Shown here piece after piece: positions 1 to 9,258 of a stretch of 64,000 nucleotides of DNA (its first letter is position 1; each line of letters starts with the position of its first letter). The translations under genes were made by a program, and so were the position numbers. Source of the DNA: an uncultured Prevotella sp. (lineage in GTDB: Bacteria > Bacteroidota > Bacteroidia > Bacteroidales > Bacteroidaceae). The notes beneath the pieces were generated by a model, which was not told the DNA's origin, did not search any database, and worked only from the letters and a program-made list of their open reading frames with translations. Where the stretch lies: the NCBI GenBank assembly GCA_900314995.1, contig OMXK01000003.1, positions 44,868-108,867 of the forward strand. Direction: 5' to 3'.

Positions 1-754
1 ACAATGCGTTGTTCGGCTGGTCACCACCACGATAGGTAATCGGAGTTCCAGCTTTTAGCCCCATCTCGGCAGCAGCCTCCGCACTCACCACACTCTGCTC
101 AGCAAAGGTCGGAACAATGTCTGCAATCAATGAACTGTCAAAACCATAGTACTTCATCAGGAAGTCAGCCACCTGGTTGTTCTTGAAGTCCCAGAACATA
201 CCCTCAGAAAGACCACTAACTGTCGTATTAGCGACACCACTCAGGCGCATAGCGATATAGTCACCAGGCAACATCACCTTATATATATTATTATATACAT
301 CAGGCTCATTTTCCTTAACCCATGCCAACTTTGCTGCTGTAAAATTACCTGGAGAGTTGAGCAGATGACTCAGACACTGATCACCACCAAGGTCTTTGAA
401 AGCCTTTTCGCCATAAGGTACAGCACGTGAATCGCACCAAATGATTGATGGACGGAGCGCTTTAAGATTTTTGTCTACACATACCAGACCATGCATCTGA
501 TACGAAATGCCAATCGCCTTGATTTCCTCAGCTGTAGCACCAGACTCAGCCATAATTTTCTTCAGACTCAACTTGGCATTATCCCACCACATCTGGGGAT
601 CCTGCTCTGCCCATCCAGCTTTTACAGCCATAATGGGAGCCTCCTTCTCGGGGAAGAAAGCTGTTGCTACACACTTGCCGCTATCGGCGTTAACCAATGA
701 TGCCTTCACTGATGAGCTACCGACATCAAAACCTAATAAATATCTGTTTGCCAT
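1..754 (-). CDS. xylB: Xylulokinase (FGGY carbohydrate kinase), 5' part; runs off the left edge
   Basis: Manual minus-strand translation from ATG at 754: MANRYLLGFDVGSSSVKASLV...GWAEQDPQMWW...IGISYQMHGLV...IIWCDSRA...GNFTAAKLAWVKENEP...LPGDYIAMRLSG; FGGY motifs. Absent from the ORF track because it is truncated. Confidence 0.88.
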   Translation of the reverse strand, partial: MANRYLLGFDVGSSSVKASLVNADSGKCVATAFFPEKEAPIMAVKAGWAEQDPQMWWDNAKLSLKKIMAESGATAEEIKAIGISYQMHGLVCVDKNLKALRPSIIWCDSRAVPYGEKAFKDLGGDQCLSHLLNSPGNFTAAKLAWVKENEPDVYNNIYKVMLPGDYIAMRLSGVANTTVSGLSEGMFWDFKNNQVADFLMKYYGFDSSLIADIVPTFAEQSVVSAEAAAEMGLKAGTPITYRGGDQPNNAL

Positions 755-886
755 ATTACAATAATAATTGTCTATTTATAATACGCTTTTCATGCAAATT
801 TCCCTATTTTTTTTTAACTTGACAACTTTTTCTAGAAAAAAAATCATTTTTTTACGATATTTTGAGCACAATTAAAATATTTTGTT

Positions 887-894
887 TACCTTTG
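887..894 (+). promoter_or_regulatory. Bacteroidota sigma-A -7 element TACCTTTG (TTTG -33 candidate at 861-864) for the polysaccharide core operon
   Basis: Exact TAnnTTTG upstream of ATG 937. Confidence 0.7.
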
Positions 895-936
895 CACACC
901 AGATAACGTTATTATTTGAATAAATACATTTCATAT

Positions 937-1302
937 ATGAAGAAGAAAATACTAATACTTGACGACAAAGAGACTATTGCAAAAGTGCTCTCTATCTATT
1001 TGATGAGCGACTACGATGTGCAATGGTTACCTGATGGCTTGCAGGGAGTTAAGTGGCTCCAGGCAGGCAATACGCCTGACCTCATCATCTCTGACATCCG
1101 TATGCCAGGCATGCGCGGAGACGATTTCCTGGAGTGGATAAAGCAGAATGAGCTCTTCCAGCATATCCCTGTGATCATGCTATCCAGTGAGGACTCTACA
1201 AGTGAGCGTATCCGACTTTTGGAGATTGGTGCTGAAGACTATATTGTCAAGCCTTTCAACCCAATGGAACTTAAAATTCGAGTCAAGAAGATTATTCCTT
1301 AA
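937..1302 (+). CDS. Stand-alone CheY-like response regulator (receiver only)
   Basis: KILILDD, PDLIISDIRMP (phospho-Asp), IMLSS, YIVKPF; ATG 937 preferred over TTG 916; no output domain. Confidence 0.92.
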   Translation: MKKKILILDDKETIAKVLSIYLMSDYDVQWLPDGLQGVKWLQAGNTPDLIISDIRMPGMRGDDFLEWIKQNELFQHIPVIMLSSEDSTSERIRLLEIGAEDYIVKPFNPMELKIRVKKIIP

Positions 1303-1323
1303 TCAGACTGACGTTGTTATAAT

Positions 1324-2544
1324 ATGATAGGTGTAGTATATTTAGGTAATAATCCGGAAACTCAAGAGCGGTTGAAGTATATTCCTGGGCGATTGGTACA
1401 ATACACCACCAATTATAAGGAAACCGCTTCTGCATGTGCTCCTCATGTCCGCAATGAGCATTTTATCGTTTTCTACGAGCAGAGTGTTCAGGCTGAGGAT
1501 ATTACCGCTATCACCTATATTAAAAAAAGAAATAAGAATGCCTACATCATCCTGCTCACTCACCAGTTGACGCTCGATGACAGGAAGATGTACCAGAAGT
1601 GTGGCATCAATGACACCGTCGATGCCAATGCTTCCATCACAGAGCTTAATAAGAAGATACAGTTTATTGCCGATCGTGAAGGCATGCTGTTCGACGATGC
1701 TCCATCAAAGCATCGCATTCTGCGTTTCAAGATACCTCTTTGGAAACGTCTTTTCGACATTTTCTTCTCTTTATTGGCCATCATCATCCTTTCTCCGGTC
1801 TTCATCTTAACGGCTATTGCCATACGATTGGAGAGTAAGGGGCCGATTATCTTTAAGTCAAAACGAGTCGGCACCAACTATACTGTCTTCAATTTCCTGA
1901 AGTTCCGCTCCATGTATGCGGATGCTGAACAACGGTTAAAGGAAGTAGCCAAGGAAGCTGGTAACCAATATGCCGAGAAAGAGGACGAAAAGGAAGAAGA
2001 GAAAGATCATCAGAGCGTGATTACAGCTCCGCTTGGCGAAGAGGCAGAAATGATGATGATGGACATGGGCATGGAGTCCGACATGATGATCAGCGACGAT
2101 GAGGTAATGCTTGTCGGCGATGATTTTGTTGTGGCTGAATCCGATTTCAACAAAGAGAAAGAAGAAGAGAACAATAACGCATTCGTCAAGATTGAGAACG
2201 ACCCGCGTATTACGAAAGTGGGTAAGTTTATCCGTAAATATAGTATTGACGAACTCCCACAGTTGTTCAATATCCTGAAGGGTGACATGTCCATCGTAGG
2301 CAATCGCCCGCTACCTCTGTATGAGGCAGAGAAACTCACCGTAGATTCCAGCATCGATCGTTTCATGGCTCCTGCAGGTCTTACTGGCCTTTGGCAGGTT
2401 GAAGAGCGTGGAAAAGGCGGCATGATGTCAGCCGAAGAACGCAAGCAACTGGATATCACCTACGGCCAGACCTACAATTTTGCGTTAGACATGAAGATTA
2501 TCTTCCGTACGCTGACTGCATTTATTCAGAAAGATAACGTTTAA
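1324..2544 (+). CDS. Priming glycosyltransferase (Bac_transf/WcaJ-type sugar transferase) with N-terminal pseudo-receiver domain
   Basis: KRLFDIFFS, single [58 protein letters not shown]. Confidence 0.92.
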   Translation: MIGVVYLGNNPETQERLKYIPGRLVQYTTNYKETASACAPHVRNEHFIVFYEQSVQAEDITAITYIKKRNKNAYIILLTHQLTLDDRKMYQKCGINDTVDANASITELNKKIQFIADREGMLFDDAPSKHRILRFKIPLWKRLFDIFFSLLAIIILSPVFILTAIAIRLESKGPIIFKSKRVGTNYTVFNFLKFRSMYADAEQRLKEVAKEAGNQYAEKEDEKEEEKDHQSVITAPLGEEAEMMMMDMGMESDMMISDDEVMLVGDDFVVAESDFNKEKEEENNNAFVKIENDPRITKVGKFIRKYSIDELPQLFNILKGDMSIVGNRPLPLYEAEKLTVDSSIDRFMAPAGLTGLWQVEERGKGGMMSAEERKQLDITYGQTYNFALDMKIIFRTLTAFIQKDNV

Positions 2545-2568
2545 AGGACCATATAGACCATTATTAAT

Positions 2569-3522
2569 ATGAACAAATTAAAAAGACTGCTATTCTTAGT
2601 TGTAGCGTCAGGAATCGGCTCAACAGCTTTCGCCCAGTTTGACGAAAGCGGTATTGCTGCCGGCTTCTTTGATTCCAGTAAGGATAAGGAAATCAATTTC
2701 TCCGAGTTCCACCTCCCCCCGTTGGCAACACTTTTTGAGAATGCGAAATCAACTCCACAGATTATGACACTCGAGAAAGCACGTGAAATAGCCCAAGCTG
2801 AAGTTGCTAAGCAGAGGCGTCACATTTTTTCATATTTGACAGCACATGCGAGCTATAGCTGGGGTAAAGGTGATATTTGGGGTAATAACTCCACTTCCTA
2901 TAATCACATGATATATCAGTATCAAGGAACAGAACAATCATATTGGAATATTGGAGTCAATTTAGCTCTCCCTGTTGAGGACATTTTAGATCTAACGGCA
3001 GCTGTGAAGCGCAAGAAAATGGAAGTTGATCAAGCTGTAATAGCTAAGGACATTGCATACGATCAGTTAAAACTCCAAATTGCAACATTATATGTAAAAA
3101 TTACAAATAATCTAGTAACTTTAAAAACTATTGGAGAAGGAGCAGCAGCCTACCAAGGTGCTGGTGCTTTGAATCGTGAGGATTTTGAAAATGGTAATAT
3201 GAGTATAGAGGATTATGCTTGGACAAAACAAAGAGAAAGTGCACAGGTTCAAGGATATCAAACACTGCAAACAGAGATTACTACTGATATTTTAACTTTA
3301 GAGATTATAACTCACACGCCTATTATCACTAATTCTACAACAGAGATAACGCTTGATAAGAGCATTCATAAGTCTGACAAAGAAATCGCTAAAGAGAATA
3401 AAGCCGTTGAAAAGCGGATAAAGAAGGCTGTAGAGGAAGACGAAAAGAAAATGAAAGCCCTAGAAAAAGCAGAGAGAAAAGCAGAGAAAGCTGCCGCTAA
3501 GGCCGCAAAAAAGCAGAAATAA
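2569..3522 (+). CDS. TolC/outer-membrane-efflux-like protein, short (317 aa)
   Basis: Sec signal (…STAFA/Q), helical segments, one beta-hairpin (YLTAHASYSWG / WNIGVNLALPV), Lys/Ala-rich tail. Confidence 0.65.
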   Translation: MNKLKRLLFLVVASGIGSTAFAQFDESGIAAGFFDSSKDKEINFSEFHLPPLATLFENAKSTPQIMTLEKAREIAQAEVAKQRRHIFSYLTAHASYSWGKGDIWGNNSTSYNHMIYQYQGTEQSYWNIGVNLALPVEDILDLTAAVKRKKMEVDQAVIAKDIAYDQLKLQIATLYVKITNNLVTLKTIGEGAAAYQGAGALNREDFENGNMSIEDYAWTKQRESAQVQGYQTLQTEITTDILTLEIITHTPIITNSTTEITLDKSIHKSDKEIAKENKAVEKRIKKAVEEDEKKMKALEKAERKAEKAAAKAAKKQK

Positions 3523-3547
3523 AATCATTTAATTAAGGAAAGCTGTT

Positions 3548-5725
3548 ATGGATTTATTCAGATATATCGTTAGGTTCTTATATAAGATTCGTTGGTATTT
3601 AATAATTTTACCATTAATCGCATTAGTGGTTGCATGGTTTATGACCCGCAACATGGAGCGCATCTATGATGCGAATACGACCATCTATACGGGTATGATT
3701 ACCGGTTACAACATCGAGGGTGGGACAGGTACAGCAGGTGGAAATTCGCAAACAAACATGACAAACTTGATGTTATTAATTACAACGGATGTAACCATCC
3801 ATGAGGTATCTCTTCGATTGTTTGCACGTTGTATGATGTATGGTAATACCAATAAGGACAACAATTACATTTCCGCAGAGCATTTCCGCCAGCTTAACAA
3901 TAGTGTACCTGCTGATGTTAAAGCACTGATTAATCATAACAGTGAAAATGCGACCTATGCCAACTTAAAGGCATATGAGCGTCCGTCTCAGGATAATTAC
4001 ATCTTTGGATTGCTCAACTATAACCAATGGTTTGGAATTAATAATATTACGAGTCGTTTGAAGGTTCTACAGCTTCAAAGGAGTGATATTATTGATATAG
4101 GGTATTCCTCTAATGATGCTGGTATTACATACAACACCTTGGACATCCTAAATGAGGTGTTTGCTCGCCAATATGCTCAGTTACGCTATGGTGAGACAAA
4201 TAATGTCATCAAGTTCTTTGAACGTGAGGTAGCGCGACTCTATCGTATTCTGACTGGTGCAGAAGATGATCTCATTCGCTACAATGTTGAAAAACGAATT
4301 ATTAATTATCAAGAACAGACAAAAGCACTAACGGGTCTTGATGCCGGCCAGCAAGCATCTGATAATCAATTATTAAAAGATCAAACAACTACTCGCGCTT
4401 TGATGGACTATTTGGAGCGTCAATTAGGTGATCGTGCGAAAATCATCAAAGCCAATAAAGAATTTACGGATCAGGTGACGGATATTTCGCGAATCCAGTC
4501 TCGTATTTCTAACCTCCGACTCATGAACAGTGAGGGTAGTGAAAGCGGAGTCGAATCTCAATTAGAGTTAGCAAAAGCTGAACGCATGCTACAAGATGCC
4601 ACTAACAATGTGCGTGGACTCGTAAAAGATATTGAAGCAGGAACCTACAGCACAGAAACAGGTGTAAAAGCTAATGATATGATTACAAAATGGTTGGATC
4701 AAGTCCTACTCCTTGAAAAAACCAAAGCAGAACTCAGTGCGCAAGACATTATGCGACAGAAACTTGACAAACAAATTCTCTATTATGCTCCTATTGGTGC
4801 CACTCTTAATCGCAAAGATCGCCATATCGGTTTCATCGAGGGTAACTATATGGAAATGCTAAAAGCATTAAATGCAGCCCGTCTCCGCCAAAAGAACTTA
4901 CAGATGACCACAGCGACATTGCGTGTACTCAACCCCCCAATGTTCCCGATGAATGCCCAACCAACAAATCGTTTAATGATTCTGTTAGGTGCATTCTTAT
5001 TGACATTCTTATTGACTGCCATGTATTTCTTTATCATAGAATTGCTGGATCGTACCCTTCGTGACCGTATGCGTTCAGAACGCATCACAAAAGTACCCGT
5101 TATGGGTTGCTTCCCGAAGGAAAGCACATTGCGTTATCGCCGCTTCAACAAAACTATTGCCGATATGGCTCTACGTCAGTTAAGCAAGTCACTCCTCCCC
5201 CACTTCAAGGAAGGTCAGCAGAATGTACTCAACTTGCTCTCAACCGATGCTGCTAACGGCAAAAGTTATATTGCTCAGGAACTGGAAAACTATTGGATTT
5301 CTATCGGTCTTCAGGTTCGTCGACTAACCTACGATGAAGATTTCCTCGCCGAAGATAGCCGTTTCATCATGGCTAAGGACATCAAAGACATCTGTCCCGA
5401 TATCCTACCTAATGAAATTGCCATCATTGAATACCCGAATTTGGATGACCACTCTATTCCACCGGCCTTGCTGAACATGGGTACCGTTAACCTAATGGTA
5501 ACCCGTGCCAACCGTACTTGGAAGGATGTAGATCAGAAAGCTTTGAAAGAGTTAGAGTCGCAGTTGGAGAATAAGAATTCACTCTTCATGTACCTCACAG
5601 AAGCTCAGCGGTATGCAGTAGAAGAGTTTGTCGGACAATTACCTCCATACACAAAGTTCAATAACTTTGTATACCGCATGTCTCAGATGGGACTGACAGC
5701 TGTGGAGAATAATCATGCTAAATAG
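3548..5725 (+). CDS. Wzc/GumC-like polysaccharide co-polymerase with degenerate BY-kinase-like domain
   Basis: N-terminal TM, long coiled-coil periplasmic region, second TM (LMILLGAFLL…), ELLDRTLRD, P-loop-like STDAANGKS. Confidence 0.8.
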   Translation: MDLFRYIVRFLYKIRWYLIILPLIALVVAWFMTRNMERIYDANTTIYTGMITGYNIEGGTGTAGGNSQTNMTNLMLLITTDVTIHEVSLRLFARCMMYGNTNKDNNYISAEHFRQLNNSVPADVKALINHNSENATYANLKAYERPSQDNYIFGLLNYNQWFGINNITSRLKVLQLQRSDIIDIGYSSNDAGITYNTLDILNEVFARQYAQLRYGETNNVIKFFEREVARLYRILTGAEDDLIRYNVEKRIINYQEQTKALTGLDAGQQASDNQLLKDQTTTRALMDYLERQLGDRAKIIKANKEFTDQVTDISRIQSRISNLRLMNSEGSESGVESQLELAKAERMLQDATNNVRGLVKDIEAGTYSTETGVKANDMITKWLDQVLLLEKTKAELSAQDIMRQKLDKQILYYAPIGATLNRKDRHIGFIEGNYMEMLKALNAARLRQKNLQMTTATLRVLNPPMFPMNAQPTNRLMILLGAFLLTFLLTAMYFFIIELLDRTLRDRMRSERITKVPVMGCFPKESTLRYRRFNKTIADMALRQLSKSLLPHFKEGQQNVLNLLSTDAANGKSYIAQELENYWISIGLQVRRLTYDEDFLAEDSRFIMAKDIKDICPDILPNEIAIIEYPNLDDHSIPPALLNMGTVNLMVTRANRTWKDVDQKALKELESQLENKNSLFMYLTEAQRYAVEEFVGQLPPYTKFNNFVYRMSQMGLTAVENNHAK

Positions 5726-5728
5726 AGA

Positions 5729-7243
5729 ATGACAAATAGTTTGTCAACATATGCCAAAGATAATAGAGGAAGAGTAATATTACTCTTTCTCTTGTTTCTA
5801 ATGGCTCTTTATGAGTTCTATAGCGTTGGATTATCAGGAATGGCAGTAGTTTGTATGATACCTTTACTTATTGCCGGCATATATTTCGCGTTTGAACATA
5901 AAATGACACTATTTTGGCTTATTTTCATCATCAATTATATCATAATGGGCCTTAATAGATATATCGAACTACCATTACCAATTACAGCAGTTACCATCCT
6001 TCCCCAATCAATTTTATTAATGGCATGTATCATTGACATACGTGATAAAAATAAAGCCAACTATCTAAGTTTAATGTTATTTGCGATAACCATCTGGATA
6101 TTATATATGTTATTGCAAATATTTAATAGAACATGTGATTTGCCAATTAGCATGGGGACTTGGTTCCAAAACTTTGTCTTTTGGGGAATTGCTTTTATAT
6201 TAGCATATTATATTGTGACGATACTTTTCCAAAAGCCAGAAAGGATTATGACTTGGTTTCGCTGTTGGGCCTATTTGGCTATTATAGCCTCCTTTTGGGC
6301 ATGGCGCCAACAAGTTTTCGGATGGGATAACACAGAATATGCCTGGTTAATGGCTGAAGGTGCAAGAACCCATTTAATTGGTGGATCGATACGTTATTTT
6401 TCTTTTTTTTCGGATGCTGCAAATTTTGGTTGTAGTATTGCAGCATCTGCTATTGTCTTTTACATTTTAGCAATAACTACAATAGTTAAGAAAGATAAGA
6501 TTTTATTCTTAATAAGTGCATTATGTTGCACCGAAGGGTTCTTCTTATCAGGTACGCGAACTGCCTTAGCTTGTTTTATTGTAGGTGTTGCTCTATATGT
6601 TGTGTTATCTAAGTCATTTAAAATAGCAATTCCCGTAGCTATTTTAGGAGCCATTTTCTTCTTTATCTTAGCTTTCACACAAATTGGACAAGGAAATATG
6701 CAAATTCGACGGATGCGATCTGCATTTAATAAAGATGACGCTTCTGCCAATGTCCGTGATGTAAATAAAGCAGCGTTAAAAAAATATTTAAGAGACGCCC
6801 CTTTTGGTCTTGGATTAAATATTGATGAAGGTAAAGTACCAGCAAATCATAAATATAAGATAGTATATCAAACCTCTAACGACTCTACTTATGTTTTTCT
6901 CTGGCAAAGGGCTGGTATTGTTGGGGCAATTTTGTTTGCTATTGTAAATGGTATAATTCTATTAGGAGGTATTTATATCATCTTCGTTAAATTAAAAAAT
7001 AAGGTTTGTATTGGAATAGCAAGTGGCTGTTGTTGCGCTTTCGTAGCAATTCAAGTTGGAGGATATGCGAACCACATCTTGCTACAATACCCAAATTTAT
7101 TACTTTACTATGGAGGTATGACCATGGTTTATTTATTACCCGGTATTGAAAATGATTTCAATTCATATATTAAACAATTATATGACGAACAGGAAGAAAA
7201 AAAACGTCTAAAACTCGAAAAGAAACTTGCATCTAGAGTGTGA
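5729..7243 (+). CDS. O-antigen ligase/Wzy-type polymerase family membrane protein
   Basis: ~12 TM, SFFSDAANFG, LSGTRT, large periplasmic loop before DSTYV. Confidence 0.8.
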   Translation: MTNSLSTYAKDNRGRVILLFLLFLMALYEFYSVGLSGMAVVCMIPLLIAGIYFAFEHKMTLFWLIFIINYIIMGLNRYIELPLPITAVTILPQSILLMACIIDIRDKNKANYLSLMLFAITIWILYMLLQIFNRTCDLPISMGTWFQNFVFWGIAFILAYYIVTILFQKPERIMTWFRCWAYLAIIASFWAWRQQVFGWDNTEYAWLMAEGARTHLIGGSIRYFSFFSDAANFGCSIAASAIVFYILAITTIVKKDKILFLISALCCTEGFFLSGTRTALACFIVGVALYVVLSKSFKIAIPVAILGAIFFFILAFTQIGQGNMQIRRMRSAFNKDDASANVRDVNKAALKKYLRDAPFGLGLNIDEGKVPANHKYKIVYQTSNDSTYVFLWQRAGIVGAILFAIVNGIILLGGIYIIFVKLKNKVCIGIASGCCCAFVAIQVGGYANHILLQYPNLLLYYGGMTMVYLLPGIENDFNSYIKQLYDEQEEKKRLKLEKKLASRV

Positions 7244-8111
7244 ATTATCGATCATCACCATCAATTACAACGGGTTGAAAGACACCTGTGCATTGATTGA
7301 GACCATCCCCTTCAATGACAAAATGGAGGTGATTGTAGTTGATAACGCATCAACAAAAGATGAAATTTCTGCGATACAGAAGAAATTTTCATACGTAAAT
7401 GTAATTCGGAGCGATAAAAATCTCGGTTTTGCTGGAGGCAATAACCTTGGGATTAAAGCCGCCAAAGGAAAGTATATATTCCTTGTGAACAACGATACCA
7501 TTTTTAAAGAATTCAAAATACAGGCTCTCATTAATAGACTAGAGTCATCAGATGATATAGGCATTGTCTGTCCCAAGATTCGTTTTACATGGGGAAGCAA
7601 TCAAATACAATATGCAGGATATACACCTCTATCGAAAATAACAGTCCGAAACCAAGCCATTGGTTTTGGAGAAGAAGATAAGGGGCAATACGAAACAGCC
7701 CACCCCACCCCATATGCCCATGGAGCAGCAATGCTGATTAAACGCGAGGCATTGGGAAAGGTTGGTCTCATGCCTGAATGCTATTTCCTATATTATGAAG
7801 AATTAGATTGGTCCATGATGTTTACTAGAGCCGGCTACCAAATCTGGTATGAACCTGCATGTACGATCTATCATAAAGAAAGTCAGACAACAGGACAAAA
7901 TAGTCCTTTGCGTACTTATTATATCACACGAAACCGTCTATTACTTGTGAAGCGAAACTATAAAGGACTAAATAAGTATCTTGCCTATGGTTACCTGATA
8001 GGATTAGTAGCTCTTAAAGACATATTTAGATTTGGAATAAAATGCCAATGGGGACTATTAAAGGCGACTATCAAAGGCATTCACAATTTTATAAATACTC
8101 ATTTTTCATAA
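7227..8111 (+). CDS. Glycosyltransferase family 2
   Basis: SIITINYNG, VVDNAS, NLGFAGGNNLG, LVNNDT, YYEELDW; TTG start overlaps the wzy stop. Confidence 0.9.
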   Translation: MHLECELSIITINYNGLKDTCALIETIPFNDKMEVIVVDNASTKDEISAIQKKFSYVNVIRSDKNLGFAGGNNLGIKAAKGKYIFLVNNDTIFKEFKIQALINRLESSDDIGIVCPKIRFTWGSNQIQYAGYTPLSKITVRNQAIGFGEEDKGQYETAHPTPYAHGAAMLIKREALGKVGLMPECYFLYYEELDWSMMFTRAGYQIWYEPACTIYHKESQTTGQNSPLRTYYITRNRLLLVKRNYKGLNKYLAYGYLIGLVALKDIFRFGIKCQWGLLKATIKGIHNFINTHFS

Positions 8112-8112
8112 T

Positions 8113-9258
8113 ATGGATTTTTGGCTTATATTATATATCATCGACTGGGGATTGTTCATTGTTACTGCAGGAACAGTCTTATATTTAGCAATTTTTGCAA
8201 TTGCAGCTCTCGTTAAACGCAACCATGAGTCACCTCGCACCAAAAAGCAAAACCGTATTGTCGTTCTAATACCTGCATACAAGCAAGACGATGTAATTGA
8301 GCATACGGTCATTTCTGTATTAAGCCAAGCGTATCCCCAACGCATGTTTGACGTTACTGTTATTTCCGACCATCAAAGCGAAATGACCAATATGCGATTG
8401 GCCCAATATCCCATCACATTATTGACACCTAACTTTGCAGAGAGCACGAAAGCAAAATCATTACAATATGCCATTTTGAATCTCCCAGAGTTTAAAATCT
8501 ATGACATCGTCTTGATTTTAGATGCAGACAACATCGTGGAACAAGATTTCTTACAGAAAGTAAATGAGGCTTTTGAAATTGCTGCCACAAAAGCAATCCA
8601 GACGCATCGCATTTCCAAAAATAGAGATACAACAGTTGCTCGTCTAGGTGCTATTTTTGAAGAAATCAATAATGCTATCTTCCGTCGGGGGCACATTAAC
8701 ATGGGGCTATCCTCTGCTTTGGCTGGTTCTGGTACAGCCTATGATTTCAACTGGTTCAAAACCAATGTCATGAAGACGAAAACCGCTGGTGAGGACAAAG
8801 AACTAGAGGCTCTCCTGCTAAGACAGGAAATCTTCATTGACTATTTTGAAGACATTTATGTATATGGAGAAAAGAAACGTACGACTACAAAACTAAATCA
8901 ACAGCGTGGTCGGTGGGTTGCTCAGCAATTCCATAATGTCATTCGAAACATCAAGTTTCTGCCTGGAGCTATCTTTAGAAAACAATACGACTTGGCAGAC
9001 AAGATCATCCAATGGATGTTACTGCCTCGCACAACAATGATGGCCATTATCATATTAATGAGTATTGTCCTGCCATTCATATATATGACTTTGGCCATTA
9101 AGTGGTGGATATTGGCAGCCCTTGCTTTATTCATCTTTGCATTGGTAACTCCTGACTACCTGATAGATGAAGTGTGGGACAATTCCTTCCTCCGCTCTCC
9201 ATTTACTAGTTTTTGGAAGAAATTCAGAGATAAGAACAAAAACACTACAAAGAAATGA
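8113..9258 (+). CDS. Membrane GT2 with D,DxD,D,QxxRW motif (CesA/IcaA-like subgroup)
   Basis: N-terminal TM, LIPAYKQD, ILDADN, GEDKELE, QQRGRW, C-terminal TMs. Confidence 0.88.
   Translation: MDFWLILYIIDWGLFIVTAGTVLYLAIFAIAALVKRNHESPRTKKQNRIVVLIPAYKQDDVIEHTVISVLSQAYPQRMFDVTVISDHQSEMTNMRLAQYPITLLTPNFAESTKAKSLQYAILNLPEFKIYDIVLILDADNIVEQDFLQKVNEAFEIAATKAIQTHRISKNRDTTVARLGAIFEEINNAIFRRGHINMGLSSALAGSGTAYDFNWFKTNVMKTKTAGEDKELEALLLRQEIFIDYFEDIYVYGEKKRTTTKLNQQRGRWVAQQFHNVIRNIKFLPGAIFRKQYDLADKIIQWMLLPRTTMMAIIILMSIVLPFIYMTLAIKWWILAALALFIFALVTPDYLIDEVWDNSFLRSPFTSFWKKFRDKNKNTTKK

Noticed and set aside
491-764. Two short plus-strand ORFs in the ORF track
   Set aside because: They overlap the real xylB CDS on the minus strand
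800-855. T9/A8/T7 homopolymers in the xylB-EPS intergenic region
   Set aside because: Ordinary for AT-rich Bacteroidota promoter regions; not clearly inside a defined -33/-7 spacer
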